DNA of 64,000 nt from Octopus bimaculoides. Lineage: Eukaryota. A model generated the notes under the pieces. The model made no database searches, had not been told where the DNA came from, and was given only the letters and a program-made list of their open reading frames with translations. Where the stretch lies: NCBI RefSeq assembly GCF_001194135.2, contig NC_068988.1:81306023-81370022 (forward strand). The letters run 5' to 3'. This document shows positions 52,164-64,000 of the stretch, piece by piece (the first letter of the stretch is position 1; each line of letters opens with the position of its first letter). Both the position numbers and the translations under genes were made by a program.

Positions 52164-52393
52164 GCGGCGAGCTGGCAGAAACGTTAGCACGCCGGGCGAA
52201 ATGCTTAGCGGTATTTCGTCTGCCGCTACGTTCTGAGTTCAAATTCCGCCGAGGTCGACTTTGCCTTTCATCCTTTCGGGGCCGATTAAATAAGTACCAG
52301 TTACGCACTGGGGTCGGTATAATCGACTTAATCCGTTTGTCTGTCCTTGTTTGTCCCCTCTGTGTGTAGCCCCTTGTGGGTAGTAAAGAAATA
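52164..52393 (+). mobile_element. Full-length, CpG-retaining tRNA-derived SINE
   Basis: TSD GCACACATG at 52155-52163 and 52394-52402. B-box-like GTTCAAATTCC. Confidence 0.9.
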
Positions 52394-52432
52394 GCACACA
52401 TGCAGGCAACAGAACAATAAACAGTACATGGG

Positions 52433-52678
52433 CAATTGAAAACTGACAGGATTAAATATGTGATTTCATGGTCAATTATAAAATATGCAATACCCTACAA
52501 CATACTTTCTAGAACCTGTGGATTGTGCTCTGAAGAATCTCTATCAATCTTGCTTACTAGGGAAAAGGTCATTAATAAATTAACTGAATGGATTATACGT
52601 TGTTTATATACCATAAAAGTCACCTTCAAATATTACCATCCTATAAACACAGCACCGGACCACCATAATTCACATTGA
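52433..52678 (+). pseudogene. PLE GIY-YIG endonuclease C-terminal fragment
   Basis: QLKTDRIKYVISWSIIKYAIPYNILSRTCGLCSEESLSIL..VINK, homologous to 9033-9278. Confidence 0.8.
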
Positions 52679-53207
52679 ACTGTGAACACCATGCCCATGT
52701 ACTGTTGTTCATTGTTCTCTTGCCTGCATGTGTGTCTGAGTAGTCTCATGAGTGTGTGCAACCTGTGTGTGCATGTATGTGCATAGTCGACATGTTTCTA
52801 TATGCCTGTGTATGCATAAATGTAGTAAGTGGAAGTCTCTGGTGTGTACTGATGTGTGCATGTGTATGAATGTGTGTATAATTGCGTGTGTGTATAAGTG
52901 CACTTGCCTGCAGACATGTGAAACTATGGGTGCCAATGTCCATTTGGATTTGTATGTCTTGTGGTGTGAATGTGATGGAGTATGCATGCACATGTGTGTG
53001 TGTGTGTGTGGGGGTCAGTGAGTATTGTGTGAGGGTGTGAGGATATGAGTGTACCTATGTGAGTGTGTCTGTGGGTGTACCTGCGTGTGTGTGTGCGTGC
53101 ATGTGTGTGTCTGCTCCATGGTGGCAGTGTTGATGTGATCTCTGTGTGTCTGGGTGGGTGAATCTTTGTGCCCTGAGGGATGTATCCATGTGTGTAGGTG
53201 TGTTTCT

Positions 53208-53437
53208 TATTTCTTTACTGCCCACAAGGGGCTACACAGAGGGGACAAACAAGGACAGACAAACAGTTTAAGTCAATTATATCGACCCCAGTGCATAACT
53301 GGTACGTATTTAATTGACCCTGAAAGGATGAAAGGCAAAGTTGACCTTGACAGAACTTGAACTCAGAATGTAGTGGCAGACAAAATACCGCTAAGCATTT
53401 CGCCCGGTGTGCTAATGTTTCTGCCAGCTCACTGCCT
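53208..53437 (-). mobile_element. tRNA-derived SINE
   Basis: 19-bp TSD TGTGTGTAGGTGTGTTTCT at 53189-53207 and 53438-53456. Confidence 0.9.
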
Positions 53438-53998
53438 TGTGTGTAGGTGTGTTTCTGTATGTGTGTATAGATGTGTGCCTGTGTGATTGACTAACATAAG
53501 TACATGCGGTGTGTGCTGGTGTGTGCCCTCGTGTATAATTGTTAATATGTGTGTCTGAATGTCTTTGCATTGATTTGAACATAAGAATGTGTGCTTCTGT
53601 TTCTGTGTGCATTTGTCTAATTGTTAAAATCTCTCAATACAGCAAAACTCAAACATAAATCTCCCAGCTTAAAACCTTATTATCCCACCTGAGGAGTCTT
53701 CTATGCACTGTACATTGCATCTAGTGTTCTTGTATTGTTCCACACCCTCAAGGGAGCAGTGCATCTTGAAGAGGAGACAACTGTTGTGGTAATATAAATT
53801 TTTCGTTGGTACATTCCATCTTCTCTTTTTAACTTTAATATATACTCAGAGTCTATCCTGGAATTCCTGGAATTATTACAACGATGTTTGCTAAGTATTG
53901 CTGATGATGCTTGGTAGCCATAAGTGGTAAACATGCTCTGTGGACACACAACCTGGTTTCGATATTGTGTTTAACACATTCTTAACCTTAATTATTTA

Positions 53999-54034
<36 letters not shown>

Positions 54035-54533
54035 CATAAATATACATATATATATATATATATATANNNNNNNNNNNNNNNNNNNNNNNCATATATATAT
54101 ATATAAATGAAACATTCAAACACTGAGATTTGAAGTTAGATGTTACTACTGTTCATATCATCTGTGGATAAATTCTAAATTTGATGATATCACCAGCAGT
54201 GACATGGGCAGAACGCAGTTATAATAGCTTTAAATAGTTATGAATTATAAATTTGCACGAAGCGTAATGATGCTTAACAAGCATCTACCTGCTAGAAATA
54301 AGAGCTAAGTCTTAGATTAATCCACCGTAGCGCACCAATATAACAGAGAAAAACAGTATGTTAGGAAAACAGAAAGAATTAAAATATTTGACACCACAAA
54401 TAAAAATATTATGCAATTAGGGATATCCACAAACCAGGTTTCGGCTTTTGGGTATTTATATATATAATAAAATGAGAAAACAGAGAGGCGATTAATAATT
54501 TATTATTTATTGAATAAAATATTGACAAACATT

Positions 54534-54610
54534 CCTTACAGCTGTTTCAATTCAAAACCTCAGAAAATTAATTAAATAAAAAATTATTTGAAAGTCGATC
54601 TCTTCAGAGG
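54534..54610 (-). ncRNA. Degenerate hammerhead-like motif
   Basis: Reverse complement CCU CUGAAGA [long weak stem II] GAAA CAGCUG UA AGG, with palindromic ACAGCUGU. Confidence 0.4.
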
Positions 54611-54665
54611 TAGGTAAAGATATACAAAATAGGTGTTCAATTTCTCCGTTAACAGTTTGCAGCCA

Positions 54666-54706
<41 letters not shown>

Positions 54707-54897
54707 GAGAGATCTTCATGGAATAGGGGAAGCAACTTGATCTCCTGCTATCCAGAGTCCCACATGAACCTACACCATGGCAAAAACTCAAAAGAGGGCA
54801 GCAATATCAAACTTCCTGAAAAGGTGATAATACTAGCAGTGCCCCAGTATAGCCATGGCCTTTGGGTTGAAATGCATGAAAGAATAAAATATATATA

Positions 54898-55751
54898 CAG
54901 GGTGTAGTGAATATATTGTCATCTAAATTGTGTAGAAATGAAAATAACACTGACATCTCATTTTAACAGATATATTTACCAACATTACATAAAGATATCT
55001 TGAAATATCAAAGTGTAAATTCATTCAATAAAATCGCCATTGGCTTCAACCACGACCTCCAGATGACTTCGGAATCTCTTGCAACTCTTCTGGACAGTCT
55101 CCTTGTTTAAGTTGGTAAATGCTGCCATAATCATTGCCTTCAGTTCATCTTTGGTGTTACAAGGAGTTTTGTTGGTCTCTTGCTCAACAGTGCCCCACAC
55201 ATAATAATCAAGGGGGTTGCAGTCTGGGGAGTTAGGTGGCCAGATGTTAGGTGTGATGTGGTTGCAGAAATTGTCAGACAGCCATGACTGGGTTCTCCTG
55301 TTTATGTGGCCAGACATAGGGTCTTCCAGCAGCCACTCTCTTGACCCAGGGCAGCACTACCACCTCCAGGTACTTGATGTAGGCCTGTGTTGAGTGTGAG
55401 GCTGTGTGAGAAGATGAATGGGGGCATAATATTGCTATCACTGGTGGTCACTCCAAACACTAGATGTTTGATTTTATCACTCTCAGTACATGTTCTTAGA
55501 TTGCACTGTTCTCAGATTGATGCCGAAACACTCTGAAATGTTCATATTGGTACTTCCAGCATGACAGCCAAGAAGTACAGCATGTCATTTCCAAATTTCT
55601 GGCAGAGCGAATTGCTTCATGGTAGTGTTTTTCTCACAGAAGCTGCCCAACTGACCCTACTATACTGTGTAGTCAGCAAAATCAAAAGCAAACATTGAGC
55701 ATGTACGAAATTAAAAATTTGAAATGGCAACAATCTACCCATCACACCTTG
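54898..55751 (-). mobile_element. Internally deleted Tc1/mariner element (maT/DD37D-like)
   Basis: TA|CAGGGTGT...ACACCTTG|TA. WPPNSPDCNPLDYYVWG motif. Confidence 0.85.
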
Positions 55752-55755
55752 TATG

Positions 55756-55787
<32 letters not shown>

Positions 55788-55809
55788 TGTATGTACGTAT
55801 GTATGTATG

Positions 55810-55960
55810 TGTCCTGATATCGTCCCTTCTGACTATCAGCTCGTTGGACTGCTCAGACATCCTTTCTGAGTTTGTCAATTTGCTTTGAATGAAGAAATAC
55901 AGAAAGTTGGTGCATAAATGGGTGCACGACCAGCTCATTCTCAAACCAAGGAATAAAAAA
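55810..55960 (+). mobile_element. mariner fragment
   Basis: Aligns to 58390-58520 (CCCTTCTGACTATCAGCTC..AGAAAGTTGGTGCATAAATGGGT). Confidence 0.7.
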
Positions 55961-56993
55961 TGCAACAGTGCTGGTTACATATATTAATAAACTAAAAATG
56001 TGGGATGAGGAATTTAGATTAGACTGGTCAGTCATAACGATAACAACCCTGTATAGAATCTAAACTGGAAGGTGTAAGTTAAGTATAAAGGAAGCAATCA
56101 GTATACTTTGTACAGACAAGAAAATTTTAATTTATAAAATCTCAGATGTTATAATTGTATGTAGGCATAAGTATTTAGTTACGTTTAAGTTTTTTAAAAA
56201 GTAGATAGGATAGAGTCTGATGTTATGAACATCGACTTGCCTTAATAAAATAATTAGAAAATTTTCCACTTTGGTTAGATTTGATCAACTTTAAGTATAA
56301 GCGTAAAATTCTTAATGCTTTGACATCTTAGTGATTCACGGGCTTAGAGTTGCATTCAAACTTATTAACATTCTATATATTTTGTAAGTTAGCTATCATT
56401 GTAAATTATAGATTACAAATATCTTGTGAATTTTTAGACTGCTAACATTCTGCATATATGGATTCAGCTTATTTCAAATTATTTTTAATTTCTTAATTAT
56501 TTACTTATTAGCAATTCAACTGTTTTTTGAATGGTTAACTAAATTTGAGGCCCTCATTTTATTTTTACAAACACTTTTATTTTCATTCGCACAAATGTTT
56601 TACTTCACAACTTTTTTCACTTCAGAAAGTCTTTTTCTATATCCTTGCAAACTTTTTAAAAAATACTTTAACATTTAAAAAAAATCTAACACTACTCGAT
56701 ATGACCTCAGTTTCTGTAAGGACGAGATATTTTAAGCTTTCTCAAATTTTTAAACTATTTTAATCAATCTTTTTTTGTACCTCTGATGAGAGAAATGCAA
56801 CTATTTGTATCAGGTGGAAAATTTGCTCAATACAAACGCATTCCTCAAAATGATTGTAATGTTTTGAACTGCTGCTTTTCTTTGGATTGTAATATTGGAT
56901 CACTTGAAACCTAATATCTCGATGAACTTTTTATGTATTTTGTATTCCCACGATAAAGGAACTTGACCTATGAAAATCTGTCATCTACTTTGA

Positions 56994-57053
<60 letters not shown>

Positions 57054-57131
57054 TGTTAAAGAGGACAACAAATGTTAAGGCCAGACAAACATCTCAAGTC
57101 ATATACATTATTAATATTGGAAAAATTCAAA

Positions 57132-57187
57132 GTCTGACAGCTGTTTCTGGGATATCCCAAAGTATAGAATATTCTGTCATCAGAGAC
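57132..57187 (-). ncRNA. Type I hammerhead-like motif at a probable PLE terminus
   Basis: Reverse complement GUCU CUGAUGA [imperfect stem II] GAAA CAGCUG UC AGAC: 4-bp stem I and palindromic ACAGCUGU. Confidence 0.6.
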
Positions 57188-58239
57188 AAATAGGGAAAAT
57201 GTAAAAGGTATAGATTAGTGAAACAATGACATAGGGGACAGGAGAAAAGGAATAAAGAAATGAAGAAGAAAGAAGCTTAAGTGTTTACAGTTCAACTTTC
57301 TGATAGTGTAGACGTTGGTCAATAAATCCTTAAGTGAAATCTCATGTAAATCTATGTATGGTTATAACCTTAATAGTGTAAAATACTGTTAATATCCAGA
57401 GATAAACATGAACCTATCGAAGTTTTGTAAGAGAATGGTAGCAGAAGTGGCTATTAAGGGAAAAAGAGAAAGAAAAATAAATAGAAAGAAAGGAAGGTGT
57501 TGGTAGTGAAGCAGGAAGTACAGAAATTGGAGGAGTAAAGCAAGGATCGGTATGGAGGATAAAATAAATTATATAAAAATATAATGTACAAAAACAAACA
57601 AGATAAATAAATATATAAGAGTAAGTAAGGAAAGAGGAAGAAGTAAAGGAAGATAATGTAAAAAACAAAATAGAGTAAGATGAAAGGGATTCAAAGAGAA
57701 TAGTAGGTGCCAGTGCTATTCCTCTAGTTTGTAGGGGTTGGGGAGGAAATCTAGTAGTAAGTGTTTGTGTCTGTTTTATGGCTAAGTTCAGTGGCTGTAG
57801 AAATATTTTTAGCTATGGGGGTATGAGTGTGTAGGTAGTTGTGAATGGAGAAACCAAGTGAATGTTAAATTATTTAGGAATAAGAGTTACAGCTAAATAT
57901 TAGGGGATTTAATAGGTTAAGGTTTAAAAATAAATTAAAGAATTAACAGTTATCTTGTAAGGTACTAAAGTAGATAGAAGCGATATACAAGGATATGTAT
58001 TAACGATCATGGAGGTATGTGTGTGAGTGTTATGTGTAGTGGGTAAGTTTACATTTGGACTTTTGGAAGAATTTAAAAGTGTGGAAAAATTTGTGTGAAC
58101 TATGGGTTAAAATTTTGACTTGTGGACTTTGCCTAAAAGAAGCCCCCCCCCCTGCTCTGGGAATTGAACTCAATACCTCATGATTGTGAGCTTAACACTC
58201 TAACCGCCTTCACTAATCACCTGTGTAGGCTACAGTGAA

Positions 58240-58670
58240 ATGCTGGTCACAAAAGTGAAATCAGCAATTCACACCAAATGTTGAGGCCTATTGTGAAATC
58301 AAATGTTAAGTTTGCCTGACAATGCACACCCACATATGGCTGCCCACACTTTTGAAACTTTTGAAAGTTGGGTTTTGGGTTGGTGGAACACCCTGCATGG
58401 AGTCCTGGTATTGTCCCTTCTGACTATCAGCTCCTTGGACTGCTCAGACACTCTTTATGAGGTTGTCAATTTGATTCGAATGAAGAAGTGCAGAAAGTTG
58501 GTGCATAAATGGGTACATGACCAGCTGAAAATCTTCAATAGAATAAGCAAGTTTGTTGTCTGCTGGAAGAAGTGCATTGAAAAGCAAGGAGACTGTCGAA
58601 AAATGATGCAATTGTTCAACCCTTGCTTTTGTTTTAATAAATTACAGAAATTTCAGTATGTATAATCTTC
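58240..58670 (+). pseudogene. mariner transposase C-terminal fragment
   Basis: PDNAHPHMAA..; KFVVCWKKCIEKQGD. Confidence 0.8.
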
Positions 58671-58704
58671 AACTTATATTCATGTGTGTGTGTGTGTGTG
58701 TGTG

Positions 58705-59678
58705 TGTATAAAAACAAAGCAAAATATGGAACAAGAATGTAACAGGTGAAAACAAAACATTCAGACAGTTAGACGATTCAAAAAAGGACAGGAAAGAACA
58801 AGGAGCTTTCAATCATCAGTCAAGTACCAAATTGTCTTTGCAGTTTTGGCCGATTACTCTCAGCACTGCTCTAATCCAGCTGGTCCCAAGAAAATCTAAG
58901 CTAAGAGCACTAGATTCTTTGGAAGAAAGCAAGCGAATGTATACAAAAACATGGACGAAAAGCTGGAGAAATGATACACAATTACAAATACAAACAACAG
59001 GACATTAACAACAGGTGTCTTTCAACTAAGGATGAATTAAATTAAGATGGCGTGTGTGGAAGTGAAGCCTTACAACAAGAACATAGAAGATGAAAGTCAT
59101 GGGAAGGAATATAAGAGATGCTTCATTGATGGTAGTTGAACCAAGAAAGAAAGGTCAGACTTGGCCAAACACCAGTCATGTGGAAGGAGAGGAGAGTATT
59201 GGGTAGAGGGATTGAAGAATTAGGAAGGGACAAGAAAGAGAGAAAAAGGAAAGAGACAGAGTGAGGGAAAGTGATGAGAATGAAGGGAAGGCCAAGAAAT
59301 GTGAGAGAGGGTGGGAGCGAGAAAAAGAAAAGTGGAAGGAATGAAGAAAGTGAGAAGGGGGCTAAAGGAAAGAGTAAAAGAGTCGTACGGAATTTAGATA
59401 TACATATATGTACTTATATACAGGAGACCAAAAGTGTACATATGCCACAATAGGTATATATAAAAAACAAAACAAAAAATGGAACAAGAACGTTACAGGT
59501 AACAACAGAACATTTGGACAGTTAGACGATACAAAAAAGGACAGGAGAAAACAAAGAGGGGTCATTCAGAGTTTTCAATCTTCAGTTGAGTACCAGATCA
59601 TCTTTGTAGTTTCGACCGGTTACTCTCGAGACTACTCTAATCTGGCCAGTCACAAAAAAATCTAAGCTAAGAGCACTA
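58705..59678 (-). mobile_element. Partial tandem direct repeat (58705-58915 and 59460-59678), PLE pLTR-like
   Basis: Both units share GGAACAAGAA..GACAGTTAGACGAT..AATCTAAGCTAAGAGCACTA. Confidence 0.6.
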
Positions 59679-59697
59679 CATATATATTCTAGACTAC

Positions 59698-60088
59698 CAT
59701 GGAGGCACAATGGTCCAGTGCTTAGGGCAGCGGACTTGTGTTCGTAGGATCATGGTTTCAATTCCCAGACCGGGCGTTGTGAGGGTTTATTGAGCGAAAA
59801 CACTTAAAGCTCCACGAGGCTCCAGCAGGGAGTGGTGGCGAACCCTGGTGTACTCTTTCACCACTACTTTCTCTCATTCTTTCTTCCTGTTTCTGTTGTA
59901 CCTGTATTTCAAAGGGTCAGCCTTGTCACACTCTGTGTCATGCTGAATCTCCCTCGAGAACTACGTTAAGGGTACATGTGTCTATGGAGTGCGCAGCCAC
60001 TTGCACGTTAATTTCACGAGCAGGCTGTTCCATTGATTGGATCAACTGGAACCCTCATCGTCGTAACTGATGGAGTGCCACGCCACCA
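59698..60088 (+). mobile_element. Long tRNA-derived SINE
   Basis: TSD CTAGACTAC at 59689-59697 and 60089-60097. tRNA-like head GGTCCAGTGCTTAGGGCAGCGGAC..GGTTTCAATTCC. Confidence 0.9.
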
Positions 60089-60183
60089 CTAGACTACTTG
60101 TAACCTGTTGGAACACCTGGAAAGTCTGAGTTTCCCCAGAAAAGGAAAGATTTGGCTGCTATTTCTTGCACAGTCTGCTACCA

Positions 60184-60343
60184 TGTAACAGGTATTTCGA
60201 GTCCTTTATTGCAAATAGCTGTATACACACCCACACACANNNNNNNNNNNNNNNNNNNNNNNNNNNNNNNNNNNNNNNNNNNNNNNATATATATATATAT
60301 ATGTATATATATGTATATATATATATACACATACATACATACA

Positions 60344-60379
<36 letters not shown>

Positions 60380-60891
60380 CATACACATATACATATGTAA
60401 GATAGAAAATTGGTTGGCACTGGAAGGGTTCCACACAATTCCTTACATAAATGTTAGAGGAAAATTATCGGAACAAGAAAACATCCGAACATAAAAACAA
60501 TCCTTTTATTTTGTATGTACAAAAATTTACATCTTGGGACAATCAGTAGCCAGGTCTGGTGTGGAAGCAGTAAAGTCGGAGCTAATCATACTTTGTGAAG
60601 GCATTCTTCCCAGAACTCCAGCTACACAGAGCTGGTCAAATACCAGTCAGCAGCAAAGGCAAACAGAGAGCTACTGAGGACACGTCTGCATAGTTCAGCG
60701 GCTGCATCTCGAGCCCGAGATACAAGAGAACTCTGCTGCTGCTAGTTTTCTGCGCATGCGCATCAGGGACCTTTCGGCAGGCATTCCAGAAGGTTCCAAC
60801 CCTGTGCATGCATGCTGNNNNNNNNNNAGGCATTCCAGAAGGTTCCAACCCTGTGCATGCATGCTGGGACCCCCAAAATGACGTCACTACA
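60184..60891 (-). repeat. Probable 3' LTR of the CsRn1-type element (contains microsatellite and gaps)
   Basis: Minus strand GAGGGGAGCCT (PPT) |TGTAGTGACG start at 60891. Candidate GTTACA end at 60184 with AATAAA nearby. The left boundary is uncertain. Confidence 0.5.
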
Positions 60892-63000
60892 AGGCTCCCC
60901 CTCGAGTGCGGAAGCACGAAACAGAAGACTGTAGTGGCTCCAGAAGACAAGATGGCCACCGATCACCCAGAAGATGTGGCACACAATATGACAACTCAAA
61001 TATCAATACAAAAAGGAATAAACATGCACAACAATTGTTTTTTTTTTTACAAAATGTTCAAGAGTAAAAAAAATGAAATGGGCCAAGAGAGAAAAAATGA
61101 ATGTCAAATGTAAACTGTTTTTGAAAGTTTCTTGGGCCAGTGAACAGTTCGGCCTGATCTTGTAATGTAAGGTTTGCTCGAGGCAGGCTGCGACAACGAA
61201 GGTGCTGTTATTGGTGCTGGTGTTGTCAAAGGTGCATGTGTAGGTGATGGTATTGTCAAGGGTGCATGTGTAGGTTCAAAGGTGGGTGTGGCAGTGGTGT
61301 CATCAAAAGATGTGAACACCTCAAAATATGCCTTTTTAAGCCTCAGCTGGCACAAAGAAGTAGGAGGCGTGATACGCTGAATTGCATCGACTTTAGACGA
61401 AGAGGTTTGATGTCATTTGAGTCAATATGGTGGCCGAGAAAGTCAAGAGAAGATTGCCCGAACACACACTTGCCTGGATTAATGCGCATACCATAGTCGC
61501 AAAGGACGCTGAAAAAGCTGAAACAAGTGCCGGAGATTATTCTCACGTGTGTTGTGATGAGGATATCATCGACATAATTGAACACCAAATCAAGTCTGCG
61601 GACAACTTCATCTATAAAATGCTGGAACGTGCTAGTAGCTTTTTGCAAACTGAAACTCATGTATAAAAACTCAAAACAACCAAAAGGAGTGGTAATGGCA
61701 GTTTTCGGAACATCGACTGGGTTGACCAGTATTTGGTGATAAGCATATATAAGGTCAACTTTAAAAAAAATTGTACTGTCATGAAGATGCGCAAAAAAAT
61801 CCTGGAGATTCCTTATAGGATATCTGTCAGGTACTGTTACTGAACTGAGACGCCTATAATCCCCCACCGGGTGAAAATCAGTATCCCCTTTCCGAAACTA
61901 AATGAATGAGAGATGCCCATGGGCTGGTGGAGGGGTGTATCAGGCCAAGTTGGAGAATATGCTCAAACTCAGCCCTAGCCGTTTTGAGACGGTCAGGTGC
62001 AAGACACCATGGGCGCAAAAAAGCAGGCGGCCCAGTAGTGGTAATAAAATGGAAGGTTGAGTGTGCAGGTTTTGCCGGCTGAAAAGTGATGTCAACTAGC
62101 TCCGGAAAAGAAGCCAAAAGAGAATGAAAAGCATCTCCAGAGGTGTCAACAAAAGATGTCAGGCTAAGAGCTGCATTGGTAGATCCTCTTGTCAGCGTAG
62201 AGAGCGAAGTCGAATTGTCGACGAGCCTCCGACGCCTGACATCTATCAATAAATCAAAATGATTTAGAAAATCAGCACCCAAAATAGGATGCGGAATGTC
62301 AGCAATGACAAAATCCCATTGAAAATCTCAACAACGATTGATGTTGAGGTGTAAAGAAATCTGACTGAATGTGCTATGGGAGACGAGTCAATAGCAATAG
62401 CGTGCAGAATAATAGAAGAGCGTTTTGGCTTGTCTGTAATGAGACTAAAAGGCCAAATGCTACTACAAGAACCGGTGTCAATCATGAAGAATTTCTTCGA
62501 CACCAGATCTTTCACAAAGAATGCACGATAACTAGAAAGGGAAGAGGAGGAAGTTGACGTGCCCAACTCCTCCGAAGCTAGTTTAACTGTTTGAAACTAT
62601 AAGGCTGGATGCACTTGTACGCTTTGTCTCCAAATCTGGAGTGGTACCAACACAGCCCGGAGTGTGACCGAGAGGTACAAGAGACAGAACGACTGCAACT
62701 ACGTGAACATGAAAAACGCTTGCTACTGCGGCACAATGCGTCCATCCTTTTAGTGAGAGTGTCCAGCTTTGCAGAAAGATCATCATATGACAAAAGAGAA
62801 GATTTAGCTGAGGCTGCTGCAGAGGCCTCAGAGCAGACGCAAGCACCACGCGACGATGGTTGTGCAGAGAATTCAATTATTTTATCCGCCATAGTGGCGA
62901 TTTGGTCCACAGTGTTGGACTCAAGGGCTGTGGCCAGAATAGTTTGTAGGCTGGAAGGCAACCTTGAGAAGAAAATCTTCCTAAGAGTGTAAGTGCCCCG
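60892..63000 (-). mobile_element. Gypsy LTR retrotransposon, CsRn1/Kabuki-type, 5'-truncated, RH and IN deleted
   Basis: gag GLCWYHSRFGDKAYKC. PR FMIDTGS. GADFLNHFDLLIDV. RT GDYRRL..PDRYPI..TPFG..YVDDILI. C-terminal TRSGRTVHWP. Confidence 0.9.
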
Positions 63001-63770
63001 AGAGTAGAGTTAGACATAAGAAACATCAGATGTAGTGTGCAAGAGAAACTATTGCACTGGTATGGTCATGTGTTACGTATGGACAAGGATAGCTGTGTGA
63101 AGAAGTGTCACGCCCTAACAGTGGAGGGAACCTGTGGAAGAGATAGATCCATGAAGACATGGAATGAGGTGGTGAAGCATGACTTTTGAACATTGAGCCT
63201 CACAGAGGTCATGACAAGTGACCAGGATATGCTGTGATTAAGACCTAGCAAGTCAAGTGAGATCGTAGCTGTGGCCTATGCCAGCGACGCATAACCAGCT
63301 CTTTTAAAAGTACCCTTCAATCGTCAGGTAATATGCTGTGCTTGAGAAGACCTGCTGAATCAAGTGAAATCGAAGCTGTGGCCTATGCCAGCGACGCATA
63401 ACCAGCTCTTTTAAAAGTACCCTTCAATCATCAGGTAATATTCTGTGCTTGAGAAGACCTGCTGAATCAAGTGAAATCGTAGTTGTGGTCAATGCCAGTG
63501 CCACCTGACTGGCTTATGTGCCAGTGGCACGTAAAAAGCACCATTTGAATGTGGTTGACGCTAATGCCACCTGACTGGCTTGCATGCCTGTGGCATGTAA
63601 AAAGCACCCACTACACTCTCAGGGGTTAGTGTTAGGAAGGATATCCAGCTGTAGAAACCTTGCCAGATCAGATTGGAGCCTGGTGCAGCCCCCTGGCTCA
63701 CCAGTCCTCAGTCAAACTATCCAACCCATGCCAGCATGGAAAGCGGACATTAAAAGATGATGATGATGAT
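63001..63770 (+). mobile_element. RTE LINE 3' end with a tandem duplication in the 3' UTR
   Basis: HWYGHVLRMDKDSCVKKC..TWNEVVKHD. Repeated ~115-bp unit at ~63255-63485. (GAT)n tail. Confidence 0.9.
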
Positions 63771-63804
63771 TATATATTTATACATATGTATATATGTGTA
63801 CAGA

Positions 63805-63852
<48 letters not shown>

Positions 63853-64000
63853 CACATATACACACACATATGCATATTTATACACGTACTATATGTATAT
63901 ATAAATAGATATATGTCTGCATATGCATGTGTGTGTGTGTTACTGTCACACACGTTTGCACTTGTCCTTCAAAAATACTTTGATCTTTTATTTCACCTTT

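Larger units (their letters stand above)
51040..53846 (+). mobile_element. 5'-truncated PLE with an inverted 3' region (2.8-kb foldback)
   Basis: The left arm 51040-52432 is the reverse complement of the right arm 52693-53846, apart from SINE insertions. The centre encodes a GIY-YIG C-terminus. Confidence 0.75.

Noticed and set aside
56500-56960. AT-rich stretch faintly like a hAT dimerisation domain
   Set aside because: No motif could be placed convincingly in any frame.
60768-60870. ~40-bp direct repeat either side of a 10-N gap (superficially CRISPR-like)
   Set aside because: There are only two units, separated by a gap, inside a eukaryotic LTR; an artefact or simple tandem repeat.

Overview
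AT-rich, gapped (N-run) eukaryotic scaffold sequence. The SINE/LINE families and microsatellite load look like an octopus (coleoid cephalopod) genome; this is recognition from memory, not a database hit. No host protein-coding gene can be supported with confidence, and most listed ORFs are microsatellite, gap or transposon artefacts. The window is a stack of mobile-element relics. LTR elements: a full-length degenerate 4.2-kb retrotransposon (19203-23447, GTTAT TSD) nested in a hAT transposase pseudogene, an internally deleted CsRn1-type Gypsy, and a probable solo LTR. Non-LTR elements: RTE, CR1-group and REL-endonuclease LINE fragments, plus many tRNA-derived SINEs. DNA elements: mariner and maT/Tc1 elements, MITEs, and a Helitron helicase split by an apparent 2.2-kb inversion. 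Penelope-like element (PLE) pieces are numerous. The most notable signal is a small palindromic, TSD-flanked element (682-989 and 16548-16985) that combines a tRNA-like Pol III head, an (AAT)n spacer and a minimal type I hammerhead ribozyme with a palindromic helix III. Further hammerhead-like motifs sit at PLE termini, and a 2.8-kb PLE foldback shows the same inverted architecture.
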